53,519 nt of DNA from Candidatus Yanofskybacteria bacterium RIFCSPLOWO2_01_FULL_42_49. GTDB taxonomy: Bacteria; Patescibacteriota; Minisyncoccia; 2-02-FULL-40-12; GWA2-44-9. A program made the position numbers and the translations under genes. Below the pieces are notes generated by a model, which worked only from the letters and a program-made list of their open reading frames with translations, was not told the origin of the DNA and did no database searches. The stretch spans positions 1-53,519 of the forward strand of contig MGKI01000008.1 in NCBI GenBank assembly GCA_001795615.1, given 5' to 3'. This document shows positions 1 through 8,371 of the stretch, in pieces. How positions within the stretch are numbered: the first letter of the stretch is position 1; each line of letters opens with the position of its first letter.

Positions 1-171
1 GTTGACAGAAACGACTCGCAAGTTTTTATTAATCACCAAAAACGGCTCTCTTAATGTAGCGATAATATTATCAGCATAGTTCAAGGCTATTCTAACTTCT
101 TTTTCCTTGGCCAAAGCTTTGTGCTTGATGATTATTTTATCTGATGGGGAAATAATATTTTTTTTGTTCAT
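1..171 (-). CDS. 5' part of a sensor-type protein (PAS-like N-terminus); runs off the left edge
   Basis: The reverse-complement ATG is at 171-169. Translation MNKKNIISPSDKIIIKHKALAKEKEVRIALNYADNIIATLREPFLVINKNLRVVSVN stays open to position 1. The TLREPFLVINKNLRVVSVN stretch resembles the start of a PAS fold. Confidence 0.4.
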   Translation of the reverse strand, partial: MNKKNIISPSDKIIIKHKALAKEKEVRIALNYADNIIATLREPFLVINKNLRVVSVN

Positions 172-232
172 AACAAAAACTGCCAACGCAAAAGTTGGTA
201 GAATAATTTAATTCTATTGGGTGGGTCTTTAC

Positions 233-256
233 GAGAGAGAGAGAGAGAGAGAGAGA
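233..256. repeat. (GA)12 dinucleotide microsatellite
   Basis: Twelve perfect GA units were read directly. They lie 62 nt upstream of the minus-strand start codon at 171. Confidence 0.95.
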
Positions 257-383
257 AGTTGCCCGATTGAAATTGCGTTCGTGAACATATGTCTACATTT
301 TACCATAAAACAAAACGAATAGCAAAAGAAGATACCATGTGGACATTTATGACACTAAAAACCCTTTAAAACCCGTCATCGAG

Positions 384-534
384 GCCGCACCCGCCGCCAT
401 GCTCGTTCAGAGCAGAATACCACAGAAAAGTTTTGTTTTTCTTTTAGAAGAAAATCTGTCGCGCGCAAAATCAAAATCGCAAACAAAACTTTTCTTTGGT
501 GTGGCGAGCGTTAGCGAGCGGCAGCGGGACGGCT
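384..534. repeat. Long imperfect inverted repeat (about 150 nt hairpin)
   Basis: accacagaaaagttttgttt (419-438) pairs with aaacaaaacttttctttggtgtgg (481-504). The GC-rich outer arms gccgcacccgccgcc... (385-) and ...gcggcagcgggacggc (-534) are partly complementary. A small tttctt/aagaaa palindrome sits in the centre. Confidence 0.55.
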
Positions 535-591
535 TCCTTTGGTCAGAGATTTTTGATAAAATGAGTTCTAATCTGTTCGTATAATCCCTCT

Positions 592-615
592 AAACAAAAA
601 GCGGCATTACGCCGC
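592..615 (-). terminator. Rho-independent terminator of pyrH
   Basis: The minus strand reads gcggc-gtaat-gccgc followed by tttttgttt, directly after the pyrH stop. Confidence 0.7.
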
Positions 616-618
616 GCT

Positions 619-1383
619 CTACCGAATCACTGATCCGATGTTTTTACCTACAAGGACTTGCCTTAAGTTTCCCTCTTTAAAAAAGTTAAAAACTCTAATT
701 GGTATATGATGTTCTCGAGCAAATCCAACAGCTTCAAAGTTAATTATTTTCAGATTAAGAGCCAAATAATCATCGTGGCTTATTTGTGGAATGAACACGG
801 CGTTTAAGTTATTAATTGGATTTTCCGTATAGATACCGTCAACTTTTGTGCCCTTCAACACTGTCTGGATTTCCAGTTCTTTGGCCCGCATGACCATGGT
901 CATATCAGTTGATAAATTGGGCATCCCGCTTCCACCGGCCAAAATCACTACTCGGCCTTTTTCAAGATGAGATAGAGCCACTTCATAATGGTACGGCTCA
1001 CAAACATCATCACATCTGATCGCGCTCATTACTCTGCTTTCAACGCCGTGTTGTTTCAATTTTTTCTTAAAACCTACGCAGTTGATCATGGTGGCCAGCA
1101 TCCCCATATAATCGGCTGCAGCCGTATCTTCTTCAAAAACATTTTTTTTCAAATCCGCGCCTCGCAGTATGTTGCCGCCGCCGATTACAATCGCCAAACC
1201 GATGTTTAATGTCTCCATGGCCGTTTGTATCTCATGGATCATAAATTCCAGGGGCGGCCGGCTTATACCGAATTTACCTTGGCCCGACAGAGACTCTCCG
1301 CTTATTTTTAAAAGAACTGTCTCTTTTTCTTGGTTCACAAAAACCCCACTAGCGTTATGCTTGAGGAAATGTGCCAAATTCAA
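619..1383 (-). CDS. pyrH: Uridylate (UMP) kinase
   Basis: 254 aa. The amino-acid-kinase fold carries the VIGGGNILRG motif and an overall PyrH-like sequence (LKISGESL..., MATMINC). Confidence 0.9.
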   Translation of the reverse strand: MNLAHFLKHNASGVFVNQEKETVLLKISGESLSGQGKFGISRPPLEFMIHEIQTAMETLNIGLAIVIGGGNILRGADLKKNVFEEDTAAADYMGMLATMINCVGFKKKLKQHGVESRVMSAIRCDDVCEPYHYEVALSHLEKGRVVILAGGSGMPNLSTDMTMVMRAKELEIQTVLKGTKVDGIYTENPINNLNAVFIPQISHDDYLALNLKIINFEAVGFAREHHIPIRVFNFFKEGNLRQVLVGKNIGSVIR

Positions 1384-1402
1384 TAGAGTTTGTCAAAAGC
1401 CG

Positions 1403-2743
1403 CTAGAGAGGTTTTAATTTGCAGGTGAAATGTCTAAGGGAGGAGGGTTGCCAGATTATTTTAAATCCACGGTATTCTTTTTTATTGGCTATGATTTTCT
1501 TAAACACCTCAACCACGAAATCAAAATGAGACTGAGTGTAAGTCCTTCGCGGAATAGCCAAACGGACAAGGTCTGGTTTAGCTTTCTGACCGAGCATAAG
1601 GAAACCTATCTCTACGCTTCTTATTCCGCCTTCCTGATAAAGCGCGGCGGCCAGAGCTTGTCCTGGAAATTCGTTTTGGGGTATGTGGGAAAATAATTTA
1701 CCGGCATCTACATAGACGGCGTGCCCGCCCGGAGGATTAATTAACGGTATGGCTATTTTAGATAACTCACTGTGGAGATAAGCAACTTGGCCGATTCTGT
1801 GTTCAAGATAAGTCGGTTCAACAACTTCTTCCAGACCACGGGCGATTGTTTCCATTTCTCTGCCGGCCATTCCGCCATAAGTGACAAACCCTTCATAAAG
1901 CACCGCTAACTCTTTCAACTTGGCGGCTAATGATTTATCGTTAGTAACAATGAAACCTCCGCTGTTCGCCAAGCCGTCTTTTTTGGTGCTCATGTAGGCA
2001 ATGTCAGCCGAAGCAAAAAGTTTGCGGATAATACTTTTGATACTACCTTGCCTTTTTTGTTCAGTAAGCCATATGAAATAGGCGTTTTCAGCTATCCGGC
2101 AAGCGTCAACTATAAATTTAAGTCCCCTTTTGCCGGTTATGGAAGCGGCAAGTTCTACATTTTTTAGAGAAGCCGGCTGTCCGCCGCCGGTGTTATTGGT
2201 TAATGTCATTAAAACAAACTTAGCCCGTTTCCCATAACGGCTTAAAAGTTTCCTGAGTTTTTTCCCGTCGATATCGCCTTTGAATAATTTTGGCTTCGAG
2301 AGGTCGGCTGATTTTTCCGTTGGAACATCTATACACATTGCTCCTCGATGTTCAAAATTCGCCCGAGTAGTGTCAAAAAAACTATTTGAGAAAGCAATAT
2401 CATTTTTCTCTAAAAGCGCCTCGGCGATAATCTTTTCTGCTGCTCTGCCTTGATGTACCGGGATGACTTCTTTTTTGCCGGTAAAATTTTTAACCGCGGT
2501 CTCAAATCTCTCCCAACTTTTCGCTGACGCGTAAGATTCGTCCCCAAGCATCATTTGAGACCATTGCCCTTGAGATAAAGCTGAAGTGCCAGAGTCAGTA
2601 AGAAGATCTATGGTTACTTTTTCGGATGGAATTTTAAAAAGATTATAATCGGCTTCCTGTAACATTTTAACGCGCTCCGATTTATTGAGAATTTTGACCG
2701 ATTCCAGCACCTTGATTTTATACGGTTCAAAGGGATAAAACAT
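1403..2743 (-). CDS. Tryptophanase / tyrosine phenol-lyase family (PLP beta-eliminating lyase)
   Basis: 446 aa. The N-terminus FEPYKIKVLE...DLLTDSGTSA and the PLP-lysine block STKKDGLANSGGF are typical of TnaA/Tpl. Confidence 0.85.
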   Translation of the reverse strand: MFYPFEPYKIKVLESVKILNKSERVKMLQEADYNLFKIPSEKVTIDLLTDSGTSALSQGQWSQMMLGDESYASAKSWERFETAVKNFTGKKEVIPVHQGRAAEKIIAEALLEKNDIAFSNSFFDTTRANFEHRGAMCIDVPTEKSADLSKPKLFKGDIDGKKLRKLLSRYGKRAKFVLMTLTNNTGGGQPASLKNVELAASITGKRGLKFIVDACRIAENAYFIWLTEQKRQGSIKSIIRKLFASADIAYMSTKKDGLANSGGFIVTNDKSLAAKLKELAVLYEGFVTYGGMAGREMETIARGLEEVVEPTYLEHRIGQVAYLHSELSKIAIPLINPPGGHAVYVDAGKLFSHIPQNEFPGQALAAALYQEGGIRSVEIGFLMLGQKAKPDLVRLAIPRRTYTQSHFDFVVEVFKKIIANKKEYRGFKIIWQPSSLRHFTCKLKPL

Positions 2744-2806
2744 GCTGTCAGGTTATGTAAATTCAGGCAATTTGTCAAAACAAAAAGCCCGTTGTAGTGG
2801 GCTCGA

Positions 2807-3886
2807 CTAATTATTCTTAAGTTTCTCCGCATTCGTAAGAATTTCTTCCACCATTTTATCAGCCACGCTGTGGGTAGGAACTTGTTCGCAAGCGCTGCGT
2901 TCAAATATATTTTTAAGCGTATCATAGATGCACGCAACCTTGCGAAGCGTACGTTCGCGTTCATAGCCGTTGAGCTCACGCTCACCCGCTATGTTTATGA
3001 GTCCGCCGGCGTTAATCGCGTAGTCAGGCGCATAGAGGATACCGCGAGTAAAAAGAGTATCGCCGTGTGTCGGAGTGGCAAGTTGATTATTCGCTGCGCC
3101 TGCCACAATACGACACTGAAGCTCGGGAATCGTTGCGTCATTTAAAACTGCTCCCAGGGCACAGGGTGAATAGACATCCACTTTTTGGCAATGAATAATA
3201 TGTGGCTCTACAACTTGAGCACCTTGGAATTTAGCCAAGGCTCGTTCTACCAAGCGATTATCGGTATCCGCGATTATGAGCCGCGCGCCTTGCTCGTAAA
3301 GAAGGTTGGCGAGACAAAAGCCGACTTTACCAAGACCTTGAATGGCAACAGAGCGGTCAGAAATAGTGTCATTTCCAAAAATTGTTTCAAGACATGCCCG
3401 AATGCCATAAAGCACGCCAAGCGAAGTAACCGGTGAAGGATCACCAGAACCTTTCACGTCGCCATGGAGACCTTCGGAGCGGCCATTTACGAAAAGCGTT
3501 TCTTTAGCAATAACCTCAATGTCTGCAACTGTAATACCCACATCTTCACCCGTGAAAAATGCACCATTAAAATAGTTCAGGTACTGCCCATAAACACGGA
3601 GGTAGGCCTCGGTCTTGTTCTTTTTGGGATCGCCGACCAAAACCGCTTTGCCACCGCCGAGTTTAAGTCCGGCAAGTGCAGCTTTATAAGTCATGCCACG
3701 TGAGAGGCGAAGTGCGTCAGTGATGGCCGCAAGATCATTTGGGTAAAGATACATCCGTGTCCCGCCAAGCGCGGGTCCGAGGATATCATTGTGAATCGCA
3801 ACGAAACCGTGAAGTCCTGTCTGCTCATCATTGATCATGGTCAGTAACTTGTGACCCTTGAAGTCGGGAAGTGTCCGGAAATCCAT
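2807..3886 (-). CDS. Leucine dehydrogenase (Glu/Leu/Phe/Val dehydrogenase family)
   Basis: 359 aa. Contains the GPALGGTRMY and KAALAGLKLGGGKAV motifs and a GLGKVG Rossmann signature. Confidence 0.85.
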   Translation of the reverse strand: MDFRTLPDFKGHKLLTMINDEQTGLHGFVAIHNDILGPALGGTRMYLYPNDLAAITDALRLSRGMTYKAALAGLKLGGGKAVLVGDPKKNKTEAYLRVYGQYLNYFNGAFFTGEDVGITVADIEVIAKETLFVNGRSEGLHGDVKGSGDPSPVTSLGVLYGIRACLETIFGNDTISDRSVAIQGLGKVGFCLANLLYEQGARLIIADTDNRLVERALAKFQGAQVVEPHIIHCQKVDVYSPCALGAVLNDATIPELQCRIVAGAANNQLATPTHGDTLFTRGILYAPDYAINAGGLINIAGERELNGYERERTLRKVACIYDTLKNIFERSACEQVPTHSVADKMVEEILTNAEKLKNN

Positions 3887-4037
3887 AAATTCCCTTTCAT
3901 TTGTTAGAATAAAAATGTACCGTTTTTATTCTAGTCCTGTTTCAAGAAATAGGCAACATCGCGTCCAGTTAACCATATGAGGTAACAAATCTGATAAGAT
4001 GGGGTAACCAAGGTTAACCATCTTAATTAAATCCCCA

Positions 4038-6239
4038 TTATTGGGGATTTTGGATATATGCATCTATGCTTTTTTCAATTTGATCAGGAAAATTTGCTGC
4101 CGGTTCAACTAAATTTCTTCCGTAAATTTCCCTTACAATCGTCTTAAACACTGGCAATGCCGCTTTAGCGCCGGTCTCGCTACCGCCAAGTTTTCTATTA
4201 TCATCATAACCGATTCTTACGGCCACAGTAATGCCAGTAGGGCCATATGTAGACCCAACAAAGAGAGCGTCTCTGAAGTCATTAGTAGTTCCCGTTTTTC
4301 CCATGACCGGAACGGGGAAATTCTCAAGAGTCAAAGAATAAGCCGTTCCACCCGGGATTCTCACCGTACCTCTTAGACCTTCTTGTATAAGTTCCAGATG
4401 GGCTTCGTAGAATGGGGCGACTATCGTTTGGAGATTTGCCTCAAAAATAACCTCGTTCGCATTGCCGGTAACCTTTCTGATTATGTAGGGTTCGGCAAGC
4501 ATGCCCGATGCCATGGCCCGATAAGCATTCGCCAGTTCAAGAAGATTTACTTCCGACGCGCCTATTGCGGTTGTAACATACGGCTGAAGCTCTGTTTTGA
4601 TTCCTAAAACTTTGGCAATGCTTATGATATCCTTAATGCCACCAACTTGCAGGGTCAACCCCACTGTTGCAGCATTTCTAGATTCAAATAGTGCTCTGCG
4701 CAAAGTCACACTTCCTTTGTATTTGCCATCATAGTTATGAATTATGTGTCTTGGCCTGTTCGGGCCCATATATAAGAACAGGGGAATATCCGGAATAGTA
4801 TCTTCCAGCGTCCAAAAATGGGTTATTGCGGCAAAAAATACGAATGGCTTAAAAGCTGATCCGGGCTGTCTTAATGAGTGTCTCGCGCGATCCAGATCAG
4901 AATAAACAAGGCCCTTTGATTTATAATTTTTCCTCCCGCCGACTTCCGCAAGAATCGCAGCATCGCTGTTTCTTAAAACAATAACCGACCCCTGAATAAT
5001 ATCTTTGCCCTCAGGGTGGCGCCCTTCAAAAAGTCTAAGTCCTTCTTCAAGAGCATCATTGGTGATTTTCTGGATTTCAAGGTCGCTTGTGGAAAAAATC
5101 TTAACTCTTCCATCAAACAGATTATCTGTGTTTACTCCGGTCAAAGATAATTCCTGGAGAATATTACCCACAACTGACGGAGCATCAGTGAAACCGCGTT
5201 TATCTTCCGGTAATGGCGGATTTTCCTGTTTAAATTTTTCCGATTCGTTAGAGCTTAAATAATTATTCTTGACCATGAGGTCAAGAATCTCATTTCTCCG
5301 GCTTATGCGGTTTAAATTTTCAGAGAAATCGGAAGTCGGGGCATATCTGCTGGGATTTTTAACGATACCAGCCAGCAAAGCCGCTTCGCCATGATTCAGT
5401 TGACTCACCTCTTTCTTAAAGTAATAGAGAGAGGCGGCTTTTATCCCGTATACTTTTCGAAAATATGTATAACTTAAAAATCTGGCCAAAATTTCATCTT
5501 TTGTCCTAAGTTTAGAGCCGAAGTATTGCGGTTTTGCAAGTTCTGCTTCCAACCATATAGCCAATCGTAATTCCTCGAGCTTAATGAGGTACCTTCTTGG
5601 AAGCAAGCTCCACGAACTGCTTTCTGTTTTATTGACGGTGTAGTTAATATGGTTCCTATAATAAAGGCCAACGATCTGGTCAGTGATTGTAGAAGCTCCT
5701 TGCTGAACGATAATCGTGATCTCTCCTTTTTGAATTAATGTTCTTAACGAACTGTTGGAATTTCTGCCGACCGCCCTTAACAACAACGCATCCCAATCTA
5801 CCCCGTTGTGTTGGTAAAAATCCTTATCTTCGGCAGACAAAAAAGCGTTTCTAACGGGAACGGTAATTTCGCTCGGTCTGATTATCAGTCTGTATTCTCT
5901 GGCTAAATTTATTATCGGTTTTTCTCGAGCATCATAGATCACGCCGATCTGGGGCACATCGAAATTAACAAACGACTGGAGGTCTGGCACATTGTCACGA
6001 TTATAAAATATGTAATGAGCAATAAGACCGATGGAAATTAGTCCAGTTGTCAGGCTCATCAAAAGAATCCAGACAATGACAATGCCAGGCCATCCGAGAC
6101 AATAGAACAAAGACCAGATGAATTTTCCCAGAGTCATGCCGGGAGGGCCTTTTTGAGGGATCAATATTTTTCCCTTTTCAAAGAGCTTATAACATGAGTA
6201 AGTACCACATTTCATTGTTAAAGTAAATGCGATAAACAA
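4038..6239 (-). CDS. Class A penicillin-binding protein (glycosyltransferase GT51 plus transpeptidase)
   Basis: EDKDFYQHNGVD and QGASTITDQ (GT51) are present, with SAFKPF (SxxK) and KTGTTND (KTG). There is an N-terminal TM segment. The true start may be an internal Met (M9 or M35). Confidence 0.9.
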   Translation of the reverse strand: MFIAFTLTMKCGTYSCYKLFEKGKILIPQKGPPGMTLGKFIWSLFYCLGWPGIVIVWILLMSLTTGLISIGLIAHYIFYNRDNVPDLQSFVNFDVPQIGVIYDAREKPIINLAREYRLIIRPSEITVPVRNAFLSAEDKDFYQHNGVDWDALLLRAVGRNSNSSLRTLIQKGEITIIVQQGASTITDQIVGLYYRNHINYTVNKTESSSWSLLPRRYLIKLEELRLAIWLEAELAKPQYFGSKLRTKDEILARFLSYTYFRKVYGIKAASLYYFKKEVSQLNHGEAALLAGIVKNPSRYAPTSDFSENLNRISRRNEILDLMVKNNYLSSNESEKFKQENPPLPEDKRGFTDAPSVVGNILQELSLTGVNTDNLFDGRVKIFSTSDLEIQKITNDALEEGLRLFEGRHPEGKDIIQGSVIVLRNSDAAILAEVGGRKNYKSKGLVYSDLDRARHSLRQPGSAFKPFVFFAAITHFWTLEDTIPDIPLFLYMGPNRPRHIIHNYDGKYKGSVTLRRALFESRNAATVGLTLQVGGIKDIISIAKVLGIKTELQPYVTTAIGASEVNLLELANAYRAMASGMLAEPYIIRKVTGNANEVIFEANLQTIVAPFYEAHLELIQEGLRGTVRIPGGTAYSLTLENFPVPVMGKTGTTNDFRDALFVGSTYGPTGITVAVRIGYDDNRKLGGSETGAKAALPVFKTIVREIYGRNLVEPAANFPDQIEKSIDAYIQNPQ

Positions 6240-6302
6240 TTTTACTTATCGATATTTTTATGATAAAATAAACAAAATAGTTGCTAGCTGCATAGTTTCT
6301 AT

Positions 6303-6374
6303 CCCTTCGTAGCTTAATGGATAAAGCAGGGCTCTTCTAAGGCCTTGATGGGGGTTCGATTCCCTCCGAAGGGA
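6303..6374 (+). tRNA. tRNA-Arg (anticodon UCU)
   Basis: Manual cloverleaf. Acceptor cccttcg/cgaaggg, D stem gctt/aagc, anticodon stem gggct/ggcct with loop cTTCTaa, T arm ggggg-ttcgatt-ccctc, discriminator A. Confidence 0.9.
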
Positions 6375-6384
6375 CATAAAAAAC

Positions 6385-6416
6385 AAAAAACAGGTTATCT
6401 TGATAATCTGTTTTTT
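6385..6416 (+). terminator. Hairpin with T-run after tRNA-Arg
   Basis: aaaaaacag...ctgtttttt with inner gttatc/gataat pairing, followed by gttttc. Confidence 0.6.
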
Positions 6417-6518
6417 GTTTTCTCATCGGAGAAAATAAACTATTCCATTGCGTAAAATCGCAGATAGTAATACTATTTTCTTTAGTTCTGGATACGGTAA
6501 GACAGAGGCAGGGTTCGA

Positions 6519-6869
6519 GTGGAAAGAAAAAACCGCGCTGAAACGATCGGCAGAAAATCAGAGAATAAAGTTCACCGCGCTCTTGATATTTTACGGTATC
6601 GTTGGAAAGAAGTTGTGAGGTTTATTCACGCTGAAAAAAATGGGGAACTCGATCGGGAACACATTGACTTTCTCATCATACTTCGTTCCAATCTGTCACT
6701 GGCATTGCAAGTTAAGTCCTCCCGCTGGCGCGCAAAGATTCATCTAAAAAAGTATCCCCATATTAAGGGCGTCATCTGGATAAGAGAACAGGACACGCCG
6801 CAAGAAATAGCAGAACGAATTAAAAAAATTATCCTTTTATACTACAAAAAGATAAAAAGGGTCAGTTAA
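6519..6869 (+). CDS. Hypothetical small protein, possible PD-(D/E)XK nuclease fold
   Basis: 116 aa with a GTG start. The pattern GRKSE...HIDFLII...LQVKSS fits E...D...(Q)xK of YraN/Hjc-like nucleases. Similarity is weak. Confidence 0.45.
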   Translation: MERKNRAETIGRKSENKVHRALDILRYRWKEVVRFIHAEKNGELDREHIDFLIILRSNLSLALQVKSSRWRAKIHLKKYPHIKGVIWIREQDTPQEIAERIKKIILLYYKKIKRVS

Positions 6870-6947
6870 CCAACTCCGCCAATGCGGAGTATTTATTCAA
6901 CTTCATTACTAGTGTATGATTATTGGATAGAATATTAGAGCAATAAC

Positions 6948-7018
6948 CGGGCCGTAGTGTAACGGTAGCACGAGTCCTTTGGGAGGATTTAGTCCGAGTT
7001 CAAATCTCGGCGGCCCGA
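6948..7018 (+). tRNA. tRNA-Pro (anticodon UGG)
   Basis: Acceptor cgggccg/cggcccg, D stem gtgt/gcac, anticodon stem agtcc/ggatt with loop ttTGGga, T arm ccgag-ttcaaat-ctcgg, discriminator A. Confidence 0.9.
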
Positions 7019-7035
7019 CAAGAGTAAATAAAACT

Positions 7036-7899
7036 ATGCCAAAAGAAGAAATAACAATGCTTCAAATTGGAGTTGAGAGTACGCAAGATCACATTCAGGA
7101 GTTATTTAAAGAACTCGGTGTTAATTTTGAAGAAATAAATCCAAATATCATAAAAAAGCTTCGGTTGCTTAGCGAACGAACTGAGACATTTAGGGACGAG
7201 GAGAGATCGCTGGGCATAGCCCACGCCCTTTTTCAATACTACGAAGAGAAGCTGTCCGATGAGAAATTTACAGAAGATGAGCAGAGGACGGTTCTTGTCG
7301 GTACGATTTTTACCGATATCGGCAAAACCGGTCCGCGAAATGCCACTCTGGAACAGGAAACAATTATACTCGACATTTATAATGTTGAAAATCTTATAGC
7401 CCCGGAAAAAACATCTCTGTTGGAATTCATCCATAATAACTTTCCGGAAGACGGAGAAGAAAGATTATCTGCCATAGAAGCCATAGACGGGATAAGCCGG
7501 AACATGACGATGAGAGAATTTTACAATCTGCATCCCAGGTGGACATTAGAAATAGTAAGCGGAGACGGAGTGCCTCCGGAAGCCGTTGCGGCGGCGGCGA
7601 CTCACCATATGCTTGAGGGCATAAATCCAGAAGAAATAGTAGACAAAGACGGCCGATTTACGAAGTATTTTGGCGACAATATGTTTTTTGACCGAGCTGA
7701 AAAATTAATAATAATTCTGGATAAATATGATGCATTTAGAAGAAGGGGAGGGAAAGAACATAAGAAAGCAATAGAATTAGTCAAAGACAAGATTGAGTCA
7801 AACCCAAATTTTACCGGAGACAAGGAATTTGAAGAATTGTTGAACAACTTGGACACAATGATATCAACAAACGCAAAAACATATCAGAGCAATAAATAA
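7036..7899 (+). CDS. Hypothetical protein with a degenerate HD-domain-like core
   Basis: The tracked ORF (6979-) overlaps tRNA-Pro, so I start at ATG 7036 (MPKEEITMLQ). GTIFTDIGKTG resembles the HDIGK block with H replaced by T. AATHHMLEG lies downstream. Confidence 0.5.
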   Translation: MPKEEITMLQIGVESTQDHIQELFKELGVNFEEINPNIIKKLRLLSERTETFRDEERSLGIAHALFQYYEEKLSDEKFTEDEQRTVLVGTIFTDIGKTGPRNATLEQETIILDIYNVENLIAPEKTSLLEFIHNNFPEDGEERLSAIEAIDGISRNMTMREFYNLHPRWTLEIVSGDGVPPEAVAAAATHHMLEGINPEEIVDKDGRFTKYFGDNMFFDRAEKLIIILDKYDAFRRRGGKEHKKAIELVKDKIESNPNFTGDKEFEELLNNLDTMISTNAKTYQSNK

Positions 7900-7958
7900 T
7901 TTACAATAAGGCCATTATGTTGTATAATATAAATTGTCTTTTTAGCGCATAGCATAAT

Positions 7959-8030
7959 GGGGACTATGGTGAAATGGGATCACAGCTCTCTGTGGAAGAG
8001 CGGTCGCGGGATCGAAACCCGCTAGTCCCC
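7959..8030 (+). tRNA. tRNA-His (anticodon GUG) with encoded G-1
   Basis: An extra 5' G pairs with discriminator C73. Acceptor gggacta/tagtccc, D stem gtga/tcac, anticodon stem gctct/agagc with loop ctGTGga, T arm gcggg-atcgaaa-cccgc. Confidence 0.88.
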
Positions 8031-8110
8031 CAAAACAATAAAACAGAACATCCTACAAAATTATCAACTTTTCTCCTTTACTTAGTTTTTTAAAATTCTA
8101 AAATTAGATT

Positions 8111-8365
8111 ATGAGTTTTCGTATGAAGGCATCTCTAGTAGTAATAATTTTAGTTGTATTTGTTGTCATTGGATTTTTATGGTGGCAAACTACTCAAAAA
8201 CAACCCAGTGAAACACAGGGAGGACTGGGAAGCGAGCTTTATCAAAATACCGAAAACCCGGCTGAAAACCTTCCGGCAGTTAACCCTTTAGAAAACAAAC
8301 CGGAAGTTAATCCTTTAAGCGATACAAACCCCTTTTCCGACATAAAAACTAACCCGTTTAAATAA
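8111..8365 (+). CDS. Small membrane-anchored protein with a NP-rich tail
   Basis: 84 aa. Has an N-terminal TM segment (LVVIILVVFVVIGFLWW) and repeated NPL/NPF motifs. It sits directly upstream of the Cys-rich protein. Confidence 0.5.
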   Translation: MSFRMKASLVVIILVVFVVIGFLWWQTTQKQPSETQGGLGSELYQNTENPAENLPAVNPLENKPEVNPLSDTNPFSDIKTNPFK

Positions 8366-8371
8366 CTTACC

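Noticed and set aside
339-584. 81-aa ORF (GTG start) listed in the track
   Set aside because: It has no SD and a low-complexity product. The DNA is a long inverted repeat (384-534), so the region is better explained as a structured non-coding element.
2614-2985. 123-aa minus-strand ORF bridging the tnaA-like and leucine dehydrogenase genes
   Set aside because: It overlaps the ends of two well-supported genes in other frames, and its product is basic and low-complexity.
6979-7035. N-terminal extension of the 7036-7899 ORF
   Set aside because: The first 19 codons overlap tRNA-Pro (6948-7018). The ATG at 7036 gives a sensible start.
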